A stretch of DNA of 64,000 nt from Arenicellales bacterium (GCA_965216365.1 CBDCFT010000070.1:92779-156778), one strand, 5' to 3'; counted from the stretch's first letter, positions 38,218 through 49,015 are shown. A program made the numbers and translations. The notes: generated by a model from the sequence alone, not told the origin.

Positions 38218-39867
38218 TTAATTCTGAAAATCGAATCGCGCATGAAATTCGGGTAGCGGCTCTCGACCAAGAATAAAATCGGCGGCACGTAATGCAATCA
38301 TCTGCGTCGGGGCGTTCAAATTACCGCTAATAATGTCTGGCATGACGGAGGCATCGACCACACGTAATCCATCGATGCCATGCACGCGCATTTCTTCGTC
38401 AACCACAGCGCCGTCATCCGTTCCCATACGGCAGGTGCAACTGGGATGATAATCCGTAGTCGCCTCTGCCCTGACATAACGCTCAATATCGCTGTCCGAT
38501 ACCACTCCGGTTCCCGGTTGTAGCTCTTTGCCACGAAATTCGTCGAACGCGGTTTGTGAGATTAACTCGCGTATTTTCTTGACCGCTTCGACCATTTCCC
38601 CTGTATCGAAAGAATCGGACAAATAATTAAAATGTGCTGCGGGGCGATGTGCCGGGTTAGCGGAAATTAATTTGATTTCACCGCGACTGCGTGGCCGCAG
38701 TTGGTCCAGTTGTGTAGTGAAGCCCTGGAACAGGTTTATTTTTGTGCCGTGATATTCATAATGAACGGGAGCAAAGTGATATTGCAGGTTGGGGAATTCG
38801 ACTTCCGAAAAACCATGAATATAACCACCGGCTTCCCACACATTAGACGCAACAAAACCTTTGCGGGTAAATATCCATTGCAAACCAACAGCCAGTTGTC
38901 GCAACGGATTTGCATAACGGTCAAAGGTGACCGGTTTGGTGCATTCATGAACAACAGGGATGTTCAAATGATCCTGCAGATTCTGACCGACGCCGGGGAG
39001 GTGGTGTACAGGTTCGATGTCAAATTCTTTGATGTGATCGCGTGGCCCGATGCCGGACAACATTAAAATCTGTGGTGATTTAATAGCGCCTGCGCAAACG
39101 ATGATTTCCTTTGCCGCTTGCGCTGTTTGGACGTTTCTCTTGTATTCAAACATGACTGACTTCGCGCGATTATTCTCTATGACAATGCGATGCACCAGCG
39201 CTCTCGTTCGCAGTGTTAAGTTTAGTCTTGAAAGCGCGGGTTTTAGATGCGCAACGGCGGCACTGGATCGTCGACCATTCTTGGTTGTACTATCGAGCCG
39301 GGCCAGGCCTTCCGGTTTGAACCCATTGAGATCTTCAGAATAACCTTGCCCTGACTGTTCACCCGCGGCAAAGAATGCATCATAAAGCGGATTTTCCAGT
39401 TTACCTTTGGTAACACCGAGTCGACCGTCCGCACCACGCCAGTCGTTCGCGCCGCGATCTGACGATTCGCATTTCTTGAAGTAGGGCAAGCAATGAGCAT
39501 AGGTCCATCGTGGCAAATTGTGGTTGTTGGCCCAGTAGTCGTAGTCTTTGGGATGACCACGCATATAAACCATCGAGTTGATCGACGAAGATCCGCCAAT
39601 GACCTTACCCCGAGGCAGAGTAATATTGCGGTTGTTTAGTTCGGACTCGCTTTCGCTGTCGTAATTCCAGTTGATACTCGGATCTTTGTAGGCACGGTGT
39701 ACACCTGCGGGCATGTGCACCATGAGTTTGTAATCCATCGGCCCCGCTTCAAGAATTAATACCTTGTTATTCGAATCCTGACTGAGTTCGTTCGCCAGTA
39801 CACAACCCGCGGAACCCGCACCCAGAATAATGTAGTCGTATTCGTTGTTATCGTGCATGACAGACAA
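38218..39867 (-). CDS. betA: GMC oxidoreductase, choline dehydrogenase-like
   Basis: GAGSAG, GGSSSINSMVYMRG, NLQDHL, YHPSCTCRMG, GNLNAPT. Confidence 0.75.
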   Translation of the reverse strand: MSVMHDNNEYDYIILGAGSAGCVLANELSQDSNNKVLILEAGPMDYKLMVHMPAGVHRAYKDPSINWNYDSESESELNNRNITLPRGKVIGGSSSINSMVYMRGHPKDYDYWANNHNLPRWTYAHCLPYFKKCESSDRGANDWRGADGRLGVTKGKLENPLYDAFFAAGEQSGQGYSEDLNGFKPEGLARLDSTTKNGRRSSAAVAHLKPALSRLNLTLRTRALVHRIVIENNRAKSVMFEYKRNVQTAQAAKEIIVCAGAIKSPQILMLSGIGPRDHIKEFDIEPVHHLPGVGQNLQDHLNIPVVHECTKPVTFDRYANPLRQLAVGLQWIFTRKGFVASNVWEAGGYIHGFSEVEFPNLQYHFAPVHYEYHGTKINLFQGFTTQLDQLRPRSRGEIKLISANPAHRPAAHFNYLSDSFDTGEMVEAVKKIRELISQTAFDEFRGKELQPGTGVVSDSDIERYVRAEATTDYHPSCTCRMGTDDGAVVDEEMRVHGIDGLRVVDASVMPDIISGNLNAPTQMIALRAADFILGREPLPEFHARFDFQN

Positions 39868-39970
39868 GACGAGAATTGTGCGGCTATTCTAGCTTACAAT
39901 CAGTTGTTCGAATTACGCGTTTCAGCGGAGCATCCGTTCAAACGCGGCAATCAATTAAGGGAACGGATAA

Positions 39971-40827
39971 ATGAAACTGCTGCGTTACGGGGACAATGGC
40001 CAAGAGAAACCGGGTTTGCTGGATGGTGAAGGTAATATCCGTGATCTGTCGGGCGAGGTATCCGACATCGACGGCTCGGTTCTGAATCCAGAATCCCTAT
40101 CAAGGTTGGCAGCGCTTGATTCTGAAAGTCTGCCCCTAGTGCCGGGTTCGCCGCGACTCGGTTCTTGTGTGGCGACACCGGGAAAGTTTGTCGCGATCGG
40201 TCTTAACTATTCCGATCATGCTAAAGAAACAGGAATGCCGGCTCCGCAAGAACCTATCGTTTTCTTTAAAACCGATACCTGCGTTTGCGGGCCTGACGAC
40301 GACCTGATTCAACCGCCCGAATCCACCAAGCTCGATTGGGAGATTGAAATTGCCATTGTCATTGGCAGCAAGGCGCAGTATGTCGTGGAAGGCGAGGCTG
40401 AAAAATGTATTGCCGGTTATTGTATTGTTAACGACATTTCCGAGCGCTCGTTTCAAATTGACCGTGGCGGCAGTCAATGGGGTAAAGGCAAGGGGTGCGA
40501 TACTTTTGGTCCGATTGGGACCGTGGCTGGTTACCGGTGACGAAATTGATGATGTGCAAAATCTGGACATGTGGTTGGACGTTAACGGCGAACGCAAACA
40601 GACCGGCAATACGAAGAACCATGATATTCAGTTGCGCTTTTCTGGTGAGTTATCTCAGCCGTTTCATGACGCTGATGCCGGGCGACGTGATTACTACCGG
40701 AACACCACCGGGTGTGGGTATGGGTATGAATCCGCAACAATGGTTGCAGCCGGGTGATGTAATCACTTGCGGTATACAATCCCTTGGCGAACAACGGCAA
40801 ACCGTAGTAGCCTGTTCAAATAGATAA
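39971..40827 (+). pseudogene. Fumarylacetoacetate hydrolase family protein with two +1 frameshifts (probably sequencing errors)
   Basis: GLNYSDH, DWEIE, NDISER, GKGCDTFGPIG / PWLVT...GNTK / MIF...GDVITTGTPPGVG run across three frames; shifts near 40518 and 40619. Confidence 0.85.
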
Positions 40828-40855
40828 ATTGAAGATTGTGCTCATGGGTAACGCG

Positions 40856-41728
40856 ATGTCGAAACTTGATGTAACCGTATTTGATCGTGACGGGATAGTT
40901 TGGCCGATAGTTGCGATGTCTCAAGGAGAAACGACAGATCTGGAACAAAAATATCGCCACTTTCAGCAACAAGTAAGCAAAGTAAGAGGACGTGAGTGTC
41001 ATTTGAAACCGCATCTGGTGTCGACCTGGCTGGACGGCATAGTGCATAACCCGATTATTCTGGATGCGGTCGAAGCTGCCATTGGCCCGGATATTTTGTT
41101 GTGGAGCAGCGATTTTGCCGTTAAAGCTGCAGGCCAGGGAACCTGGATTCCCTGGCATCAGGATACGCCTTACTGGAATCTTTCCACGACTAAAGTTGTC
41201 AGCGTGTGGTTTGCGATAACTCCGGCGACGGTTGCCAATGGTGCGATGAAAGTATTCCCCGGGACACATAAGTCCGGTGCGTTAGGCAAAATAAATCATG
41301 ACGGCGATCCCCATGAAGGCGTCGCGAAAGGCAATAGAAAATCATCCGAAGGCAATTTATTTTTTTACGATCACATAATGAACAAGCCGGTGGATGAATC
41401 GCAGGCTCTGGACGTTGAACTGCAACCGGGCGAATTTTCTATTCACAATATTGAACTATTGCACGGCGGTGGGCCAAACGAATCGGATCATGATCGCATA
41501 GGGTTTGTGATGCGTTTCATATCCGCCGATACTTATTGCAAATCGTCTAAAGATTCCGCCATGCTGGTTCGGGGTCAATATCACGGTGATCAGTTTGAAC
41601 TGGAACCCAGACCCACACAAGATTTCAGTCCTGAAGCGATGGCGGCATTGGAACACGCAGTGTCATTCCCCAGCGGATTTGGTGATCGCGATATGACGCG
41701 GGGCGACCCACAAAAGCAAGCGCATTAG
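40856..41728 (+). CDS. Phytanoyl-CoA dioxygenase (PhyH) family protein
   Basis: PWHQD, NGAMKVFPGTH, LLHGG..N...R. Confidence 0.88.
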   Translation: MSKLDVTVFDRDGIVWPIVAMSQGETTDLEQKYRHFQQQVSKVRGRECHLKPHLVSTWLDGIVHNPIILDAVEAAIGPDILLWSSDFAVKAAGQGTWIPWHQDTPYWNLSTTKVVSVWFAITPATVANGAMKVFPGTHKSGALGKINHDGDPHEGVAKGNRKSSEGNLFFYDHIMNKPVDESQALDVELQPGEFSIHNIELLHGGGPNESDHDRIGFVMRFISADTYCKSSKDSAMLVRGQYHGDQFELEPRPTQDFSPEAMAALEHAVSFPSGFGDRDMTRGDPQKQAH

Positions 41729-41981
41729 AATTCATCTCAAAATGCTTGTGCTTTGGTCGAGGGGTCATAACTGGGACGAAATAGTAAAGTATTTGACGGC
41801 GGCGTGCTTACGCCGGTTCTGGATCATGCCACCCGCCATTTTCAGCGTTGGTTTGCACGGCAGGTTGACCAAAGAGCAAACCCATCGAGCACACACTGTT
41901 TCTTGCATTTGTCTGACACGGGATCCAAATGGTTGGTTCATTGGCGGCAATGTACTTGTTATTGATGCCGTGTAACCATAC

Positions 41982-42911
41982 ATGATCAGTGAGGAAGCAA
42001 AAAAATACTTGGCAGAAAATTTGCCGGTGCGGGAAGGCCCTCTACCTGCAACGGATAATATAGTGGAGCTGCGCCGCGAAATTTTTGCAGAATGTGAATC
42101 CGCCGTGGACCCAATACGCGAAGAACTGCAACCGCAGCTCAACGATATAGAAATCGGTGGCGTCGCATGTCTCGAAATCACACCGGCAAGCACTAACAAA
42201 AAATTAGATGACGTTGCATTGCTGTATTTTTTCGGTGGTGGCTACATTACCGGTAGTCCCGAGGAAGACCTGCCCATTGCGGCTGTCATCGCTGATCGGT
42301 TGGGCGTACGAACCGTGTGTCCTAGATACCGTCTGGCGCCGGAATACCCATATCCTGAGGCCATTGAAGACGGTATGGCGGTGTATGAGTCACTGCTTTT
42401 GAAGCTTTCGCCGCATCGCCTTTTGCTATGCGGTGAATCCGCCGGCGGTAATCTGACCATGCAAACCCTGTTGCGTGGTAATGCCAAAGGACTTCCTATG
42501 CCTGCGGGCATCGCGTTGCTTTCGCCTTGGGTTGATCTAAGCAATAGTGGAGACTCGCTGGCATTTAATGACGGACGCGATCCATCTTTGACTGCTGAAT
42601 GGGTGGCGGCGGGTTCCGCTATGTTTGCACCGGGTCAGGATTTAACCAGTCCCGATTTATCTCCCTTGTATGCAACGTTTCCGGATAATTTCCCACCGGC
42701 GTTGATTACCAGCGGCAGTCGCGATTTGCTTTTAAGTCATTGCACCAATCTTTCGCGCCAAATGCGTCGTGCAAAAATCGATGTGGAGCTGCGCGTGTGG
42801 GAAGAAATGTGGCATGTGTTCGAGTGGTATCCACAGTTACCCGAAGCCCGCGAGTCATTGGTTGAGATCAGTGACTTTTTGGGGAGCTGTCTCGATAAGA
42901 CAGTAAGTTAG
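41982..42911 (+). CDS. HSL-family esterase (alpha/beta hydrolase)
   Basis: YRLAPEYPYP, GESAGG, SPWVDL, MWHVF. Confidence 0.9.
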   Translation: MISEEAKKYLAENLPVREGPLPATDNIVELRREIFAECESAVDPIREELQPQLNDIEIGGVACLEITPASTNKKLDDVALLYFFGGGYITGSPEEDLPIAAVIADRLGVRTVCPRYRLAPEYPYPEAIEDGMAVYESLLLKLSPHRLLLCGESAGGNLTMQTLLRGNAKGLPMPAGIALLSPWVDLSNSGDSLAFNDGRDPSLTAEWVAAGSAMFAPGQDLTSPDLSPLYATFPDNFPPALITSGSRDLLLSHCTNLSRQMRRAKIDVELRVWEEMWHVFEWYPQLPEARESLVEISDFLGSCLDKTVS

Positions 42912-43924
42912 TAACCCAATTCCGGCCGCACCGGATTCAATAAGGATTTTCCAGCTTTAAACAATTTCAGATTTTCAAAAAACAGATTCAAGGTCAAAGG
43001 AATATAAGCATCGCCATCGTCCGCCGAAACGTGCGGTGTAATAATCAAATTTTTTGTCGCCCACAATCGCGATTTGGCGGGAATCGGTTCTGGATTAAAA
43101 ACGTCGAGTATGGCACCAGCTAGCGATCCTTTATCAAGCTTGTCACACAAGGCGTTGTAATCCATAACGCCTTCACGACCAATGTTAATAATTCCTGCCG
43201 TGTTTTTCATTAGATCGAGACGGCGCTTGTCCAGTAACCCCCTGGTTTCAGGCGTATCCGGCGTCGCCGCGACCAGATAATCGACCTGCGGTAGAACTTC
43301 GTCCAGATTATTTGTTGTTACAACCTCATCACAACCGTCAACTTCACGACCACTGCGATTAATGCCAATAACACGGGCACCAAACGGACGAATCTGCCTT
43401 GCGATAGCACCACCCAGGCTTCCGGTGCCGAGTATGGCGACGGTTTTTCCTTTTATCGGTGACGCGTAAAGCGAATCATAAACGTTATTGCGTTGGTTGG
43501 TGAAGATCGCCGGTATGTGGGAATGCAGCATTAGTATAGCCATAACACCAAATTCCCCTGCCTTAGCGGAATGCACGCCTTTATTATTAGTCAGACAAAC
43601 GTCGTCAGGAATCCAGTCCATCGGCAACAGGTGTTCGACGCCGGCGCCAATGCAGTGAATCCATCTTAGATTTGGTGCAACGGATGACAGATTCTCCGTC
43701 GGCAGATTCCAGGTGAGAAGGACATCGGCGTTAGCCATGGAACTTTCAAAATTATCCGTATCCCAGTCGATAAATACATCAAGTCCGGTTGCCAGATCGG
43801 GAAACGCAGCACGGGTTTTATCGAATCGTTCCTGGGTAATGGTGAAAACCGCTTCGCCTTCAGGTGTGTTGGGAAATGAACCCGGTGCCCAACGGTTGTT
43901 TTTTACGTGAATTTTTATCGGCAT
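42908..43924 (-). CDS. D-2-hydroxyacid dehydrogenase family protein
   Basis: GAGVE, GTGSLG, NIGR, LDVFNPEP, TPHVS. Confidence 0.9.
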   Translation of the reverse strand: MPIKIHVKNNRWAPGSFPNTPEGEAVFTITQERFDKTRAAFPDLATGLDVFIDWDTDNFESSMANADVLLTWNLPTENLSSVAPNLRWIHCIGAGVEHLLPMDWIPDDVCLTNNKGVHSAKAGEFGVMAILMLHSHIPAIFTNQRNNVYDSLYASPIKGKTVAILGTGSLGGAIARQIRPFGARVIGINRSGREVDGCDEVVTTNNLDEVLPQVDYLVAATPDTPETRGLLDKRRLDLMKNTAGIINIGREGVMDYNALCDKLDKGSLAGAILDVFNPEPIPAKSRLWATKNLIITPHVSADDGDAYIPLTLNLFFENLKLFKAGKSLLNPVRPELGY

Positions 43925-43945
43925 CTTGTTCTGAAGTGGAGTTAA

Positions 43946-45319
43946 TCAAGCCAGAGTCTTTATTGACTGAATGATTTCACTGTCGCGTTCTGCCCCAACC
44001 AGGTGATCGTTGGCAAACAGTATATTCATTACTTGTTCATTAGTTTGCTTAAGCACGAGCGAATCATCTTGAGTAGAATCCTTTGAAATATTCAAAACTG
44101 TGTCACTTCCGTAGGTGGGAATCACATCTTTCGCGAGATCTATAGGTTGTGGTGGGCGTTTGCCCTTTTGCAGACTACGGCAGTGTTTTCTGATTTGATT
44201 CCGATACATGGTGACACCGCGATCACCCGATACCAGATATTCTTTTTCGTGATCGGATATCGCACCCATTCCTTCAACCGCTTCCACATCGCCGGGGCTT
44301 ATTTGTTTTTGTTCGTAACTGCGGTCAATCAATTCGCCTTGTTCAATAAGTTGCATGCCTTCTTTGGTGTTGTATTCATGCGGATCGCCACGCTCGCCGA
44401 AATTACCCCATGCGTAAGCAATACAGTGTTCATCATCCACTGGTACCACCCATCGGGTAAATGCGCTGCGGCCAAAGTAGCGTGGTTTTGTTCCATCGGT
44501 AGCAAACGCTGATCCTGCCTGGGTAAAATTTGGCAGAATAAGCTCGTTAACTCTCACCCAAATGTTTTCGCCGACTCTTCGGGTCGCTGTACCAAGAAAA
44601 CGGATTTTCTCCCGGTGATAAAATGCGAGTTCACCCATCTTCCCGAAGCCGTCGGAGAACTGGGACTGGTGAAGAAATGCAGTGTGTACCGGATCAACAA
44701 TGGCATCCAGGACCTGTATCCAGTTGCAATTAAAAGGCGCAGCATATGGCGTCATGGTCATGCCCGGAATATTGAAAGTATCGTAAATGGGAAACTCGGG
44801 TAATTCCCGTTGCGGGCCAAGATAAGCAAATAACAATCCTTTATATTCCTTAACCGGGTAGGCGCCAAGACGCAATTTACTTTTAACATTGCTGACAGAA
44901 ATTGAATCCGCCGGTTCCCCGGGAACTTCCAGCACTGTACCGTCAACATCAAACACCCAGCCGTGATAGCAACAACGTATACCTCGCTCCTCACACCGCC
45001 CAAACTCCAGTGATGCGCGTCGGTGCGGGCATTTCTTGTGTACCAGGCCGTATTGCGCTGATTTATCGTGGAACAGCACGAGTTCTTCACCAAGTACTTT
45101 GACTAATCTCGGTCTGTCGCCAAGTTCGTTAGCGATAAAAACAGGATGCCAGTAACGTCTGAGATATTCTCCACACAACGTCCCCGGTCCGGTATGTACA
45201 AGGTCGAGAATTGACTTTCCTTCCCAGGTCTGGTGATAACCACAGTACGCTTCGAAGTTTCCCCTGTCTGGATTTTGTACTTCAGTCATAATTTTTTGAT
45301 CATTCAGGTTCAACGACAC
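43946..45319 (-). CDS. Rieske oxygenase alpha subunit (phthalate 4,5-dioxygenase-like clade)
   Basis: GPGT.CGEYLRRYWHP, CPH...CCYH, DPVHTAFLH. Confidence 0.88.
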   Translation of the reverse strand: MSLNLNDQKIMTEVQNPDRGNFEAYCGYHQTWEGKSILDLVHTGPGTLCGEYLRRYWHPVFIANELGDRPRLVKVLGEELVLFHDKSAQYGLVHKKCPHRRASLEFGRCEERGIRCCYHGWVFDVDGTVLEVPGEPADSISVSNVKSKLRLGAYPVKEYKGLLFAYLGPQRELPEFPIYDTFNIPGMTMTPYAAPFNCNWIQVLDAIVDPVHTAFLHQSQFSDGFGKMGELAFYHREKIRFLGTATRRVGENIWVRVNELILPNFTQAGSAFATDGTKPRYFGRSAFTRWVVPVDDEHCIAYAWGNFGERGDPHEYNTKEGMQLIEQGELIDRSYEQKQISPGDVEAVEGMGAISDHEKEYLVSGDRGVTMYRNQIRKHCRSLQKGKRPPQPIDLAKDVIPTYGSDTVLNISKDSTQDDSLVLKQTNEQVMNILFANDHLVGAERDSEIIQSIKTLA

Positions 45320-45647
45320 TAGTTAATGAGTTCGTTAATTGTATTATCAAGATAGTTTGCAAATTCGGTTCCATTACCGGGCGATGCAATGCAATGTCCC
45401 CAGGGGGTATTCATAAATCCGCAACTCGCCATTCTTTATCCAAATTCACTTCCAAGGCATTATCGACTGGTTGGAAATAAAGATCGTTTCGCAAATGTGA
45501 ACCGGTGTAAAATGTCGGCAACAATACAGCATTGTCCCGTGGTACATTTAGCTTGCCATAGGTTTTATAAACGAGTCGTGCGTTTGGCAGTACTCCGCCT
45601 TTGTGCAAATCAATATCACCGAGTTTATAAGTTTCAAATTCGGACAC
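45320..45647 (-). pseudogene. Internally deleted homoserine acetyltransferase-like alpha/beta hydrolase
   Basis: N-terminus (LVYKTYGKLN..DNAVLLPTFY) is joined directly to the C-terminal DLYF.P.DNALEV; PWGHCIASPG follows in a shifted frame; the nucleophile region is missing. Confidence 0.75.
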
Positions 45648-45679
45648 CGCGATAATACCTTTTTGATTTTTTGACTACA

Positions 45680-46087
45680 TCACTCTGGATTCAGCTCCAA
45701 ATGCGGTTTATCGACTTTCATATAAGCCATTTTCTTCGCTAGCTTGTTGTCTTTAAACTCCAGCACGTCCAAACCGCGAATCATCGATATATCTCCATCC
45801 TTATCTATGTTGAGTCGCCAACGGGTCAGTACTTTTCCAGTTTCGACTTCAGTGAACATATCTTCTCCGTCAAATTGAATCTTTCCACGTGACCCGCACA
45901 CAAGTGGTTCGAAAGCCGCTCTGATCGCGTCATGGCCGACGTGTCTTCCACCTTGGGAGTCCTCATAAACTCCATCTTCAGAAAAAGTTGAAACAACATC
46001 ATCAAGATTCATCCGATTAAACGCATCGACAAATTGATTGGTAAGTTCTAGTAATTCTTTTCGTCGGTCGGTCATGGCTTTGTTCAC
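45680..46087 (-). CDS. SnoaL/NTF2-like protein
   Basis: FVDAFN, FSEDGVYED, GHDAIRAAF, RGLDV. Confidence 0.85.
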   Translation of the reverse strand: MNKAMTDRRKELLELTNQFVDAFNRMNLDDVVSTFSEDGVYEDSQGGRHVGHDAIRAAFEPLVCGSRGKIQFDGEDMFTEVETGKVLTRWRLNIDKDGDISMIRGLDVLEFKDNKLAKKMAYMKVDKPHLELNPE

Positions 46088-46145
46088 AGGTTGGAAAGTG
46101 TGTTTTATACTGACAGTATAGATTCTAATTCAAGGTAATCTGGAA

Positions 46146-46445
46146 ATGCACATACTAATTCATCAGGACGGCGCATTATCATTGGAAGAACATGAAGAGA
46201 TGAAAAGCTTTTCCATAGTCGATAATACGAGTAACAACAATCGATCAGCACTAGAGAACATATCTGTGCCGGATGAAGATGATCACTACTGGGTCGACGC
46301 ACAAGCCGTAGTTGACTTGTCGCCACAAGCTCAGGATAAACAGTGGGTTGATAATTTCTGGAAAATGTTAAAAGCGGTAGAACCTTACGGTTATTTCGAC
46401 AGTAAGAACAAGCGCGTCAAAGCGCATGTTGAAAACAAAGCATGA
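46146..46445 (+). CDS. Small acidic hypothetical protein
   Basis: 99 aa ORF, AAGG RBS, protein-like composition. Confidence 0.6.
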   Translation: MHILIHQDGALSLEEHEEMKSFSIVDNTSNNNRSALENISVPDEDDHYWVDAQAVVDLSPQAQDKQWVDNFWKMLKAVEPYGYFDSKNKRVKAHVENKA

Positions 46446-46639
46446 TCGGCAATGGACTAAAGTCAATTGCACGAATCGGCGATTGCAAAGCGCCAGCTAT
46501 TATTGCCGGCGCCATATTCTCCGGTCATCGTTATGCCCGCGCACTGGACGCGGAAATCGATGCCGATAATCGAATCAAGTATGACCGGGTATTTTTTGTA
46601 GACCAATATAACGATATACCGGATATCGGCAGACGGTGA
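46442..46639 (+). pseudogene. C-terminal remnant of a trimethylamine dehydrogenase-type NADH:flavin oxidoreductase
   Basis: GLKSIARIGDCKAPAIIAGAIFSGHRYARALD matches the terminal IGD..AP..IA.A...GH..AR motif of the TMADH/histamine dehydrogenase family. Confidence 0.7.
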
Positions 46640-47631
46640 GTAATATGGAATTAACAAAAGAACAATTGGATGCATTTGACCAAAACGGATTTTTAGCCAT
46701 TGAGCGGGTGTTAGACGAGGAAGATTTATTGCCACTGGAAGGCGAATACCGCGTATTGCTCGATACTGTTGCCAAAAAACTTTTTCAACAAGGACGCATC
46801 TCGTCAACTTTTGAGGCGTATTCTTTCGATGAGCGCTTTGCATTAGTGGTATCGGCGTATCCGGATAGCATCAATCATTTCAACATATCGCTGCCGCTAA
46901 TCAACGGCGAGATAGATGCCTCAAATTATCATGCGCATACCGGGCCGGCAGTTTTCGGGTTATTGCGTAACAGTAAAATTCTGGATGTGGTCGAATCCGT
47001 CATTGGGCCTGAGATCGCTTCCAGTCCTGTACAGCAAATGCGAATGAAACCACCGCAGAAAAAATTGTCGCAGGAAAACGTGGCGCACTCCGGTGTTGGC
47101 CTGACGACCTGGCACCAGGATACTGTTGCGGTTTTACCCGAGGCGGATGACACAAATCAATTAACGGTTTGGGTTGCCGTTACCGATGCCAATGAAAACA
47201 ACGGATGTCTGGTATCCATTCCCGGCAGTCATCGAGAGGGAGCGCATCAACATGTGCCCGGCATCATTCCCAGGGAGCCTACGGTTCCTGCTGCTATTAT
47301 AGATGGCCGTGAAGGTGTCGTCCTGCCGGTAAAGCGCGGTGGGGTTGTTATATTTGATAAAAACAATATTCACTGCTCCTTACCCAATCGATCAAACCAA
47401 TTGCGCTGGAGTGTTGACATCAGATACCACCCCATCGGACAGCCCAGCGGTCGTCCTGCATTTCCGGGTTTTATCGCGCGCAGCCGGGCGAACCCGGCGA
47501 CCGAGCTAAAAGATGCGCAGCGCTGGAATCGGATGTGGCAGGAATCGAGACAACGCATCATACGCGGTGAATACAAGGGTCCTGTTTTTAGAGATTGGGA
47601 AGATCGAGCCACAAATTTCGTTGATTCGTAG
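46636..47631 (+). CDS. Phytanoyl-CoA dioxygenase (PhyH) family protein
   Basis: TWHQD, NGCLVSIPGSH, IHCSLPN, RWSVDIRY. Confidence 0.88.
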   Translation: MSNMELTKEQLDAFDQNGFLAIERVLDEEDLLPLEGEYRVLLDTVAKKLFQQGRISSTFEAYSFDERFALVVSAYPDSINHFNISLPLINGEIDASNYHAHTGPAVFGLLRNSKILDVVESVIGPEIASSPVQQMRMKPPQKKLSQENVAHSGVGLTTWHQDTVAVLPEADDTNQLTVWVAVTDANENNGCLVSIPGSHREGAHQHVPGIIPREPTVPAAIIDGREGVVLPVKRGGVVIFDKNNIHCSLPNRSNQLRWSVDIRYHPIGQPSGRPAFPGFIARSRANPATELKDAQRWNRMWQESRQRIIRGEYKGPVFRDWEDRATNFVDS

Positions 47632-47639
47632 GATGACCG

Positions 47640-47669
47640 GGGCGGCAGAAAATTCGCTTCTGACCGCCC
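47640..47669. terminator. Hairpin between convergent genes
   Basis: GGGCGG-CAGAA-N7-TTCTG-a-CCGCCC; no U-tract. Confidence 0.45.
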
Positions 47670-47695
47670 ACATCTCAAACACTAATTAGTTCATA

Positions 47696-48904
47696 TCATT
47701 TTTCAAATACGAACTGTTTCTTTTTCGCTTCATCGCGCACGGCGGAGAGGATGGCGTCGTTAAAAGTTGCCACACCTGACGGAGTTGCCTGGCGGCGTTT
47801 TTCAGCAACATACCGGTTGCGTTCCTTGGTCAGTTTTGCGATTTCTTCTTGCACAGCTTTTCTTTCCTTTGTTTTTTGCGCGACATAATTTTCCCGCTCG
47901 GTTTTATCCATTTTCTTCATTTCGTTTGGTAAGGATTCCTCTCCCACACTATCCAGTGACATAGAGCCGGTTTCCAGTGCGTCCACCAAATCCCAATTCT
48001 CGTTGCGGTACATAGGGCTAGCCTTGGATCCAATTCTTTGTGACAACAAACCGGTAGATATTTCGCTACTTTGTTTATCCTGCTCCGTTTGTCGCACGAG
48101 TGCTTGCGCGCCTTCAGTGCCATACGGAATGTATGTCTCGTTCAGTTGTTGATTGAGTCGGGTGAGTTGGTCGTCTTGGGGCGCATCGAAATGCACGATC
48201 TGTTGATTGTGATCAATGCTCATGTAACTGCCCTGTGCCAGCATCGCGCCGCGTTTCCATGCCGCACTCGCAGTATCGTCACGATGACCGGCGAATATGG
48301 TATTGACGGTAACGCCGCGTTCGATGGCTGAGCGAATAGCTCTTTGGTACGCAACCGGACCTTGATTAAACGGTTCGTTACCGGCAATAAAGATCGACTT
48401 GATGTCGTGATCGGTATTGCTCCAGTCGAGACCGGTTATCGCTTTGTCGATAACATAACCGCAGTATTCGCTGCCACCATTGGTGGTCAGGGAAAATAGT
48501 GCTTCGGACACTTTATCCAGCTCCTGCGTAAAACCAAGCACCTCTCTAACAAAACCGTCCTGGTGTGCGAGATCGCTATTGCCGTACTCGAACAAAGCCA
48601 CTTCGAGTAGTGGGCGAACACCGAAGCGCGTTGAATGGGAAAATTCGTTAACCGCAGCCCATAATTGGTTTCTTGCCTGGTCGATCAAACCGTCCATGCT
48701 GTTACTGGTGTCGAGCAGAATGGCCAGTTGAATCTTGGGTAAGTAAACCCGTTGTGCCAACGGGTTGCTCGATTGCACGTTACTTTGTCCGTTGTCGAAT
48801 GTGACAACTTCGTTGGCGTTACTGGCAACAGACGGGGTTAGCATTGCCGTGCTAAGGCAAGCGCCAAGTAGTATTTGAGGTAAACATTTACTATGAAATT
48901 TCAT
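47696..48904 (-). CDS. Secreted VWA-domain protein
   Basis: Signal peptide; MIDAS DTSNS; IAGNE; charged coiled C-terminus. Confidence 0.85.
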   Translation of the reverse strand: MKFHSKCLPQILLGACLSTAMLTPSVASNANEVVTFDNGQSNVQSSNPLAQRVYLPKIQLAILLDTSNSMDGLIDQARNQLWAAVNEFSHSTRFGVRPLLEVALFEYGNSDLAHQDGFVREVLGFTQELDKVSEALFSLTTNGGSEYCGYVIDKAITGLDWSNTDHDIKSIFIAGNEPFNQGPVAYQRAIRSAIERGVTVNTIFAGHRDDTASAAWKRGAMLAQGSYMSIDHNQQIVHFDAPQDDQLTRLNQQLNETYIPYGTEGAQALVRQTEQDKQSSEISTGLLSQRIGSKASPMYRNENWDLVDALETGSMSLDSVGEESLPNEMKKMDKTERENYVAQKTKERKAVQEEIAKLTKERNRYVAEKRRQATPSGVATFNDAILSAVRDEAKKKQFVFEK

Positions 48905-48977
48905 TTGTTTGACTCCTGGTGTTTACGTTGGAGCCAAAAGGGTATATCCGTGGAAATCCGGATATCAGGCATGAGTG

Positions 48978-49015
48978 TGTAAAAACCGAGTGGCAGGTTT
49001 TACATAGGATTTACA
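48978..49015. promoter_or_regulatory. Candidate OmpR-family binding repeats between the VWA gene and cphB
   Basis: TTTACA direct repeats at an 11 bp period (48999, 49010) plus an inverted TGTAAAA at 48978. Confidence 0.35.

Noticed and set aside
41742-41975. Small ORF ending WFIGGNVLVIDAV, like an SDR C-terminus
   Set aside because: Resemblance is limited to a few residues; too weak to call a remnant
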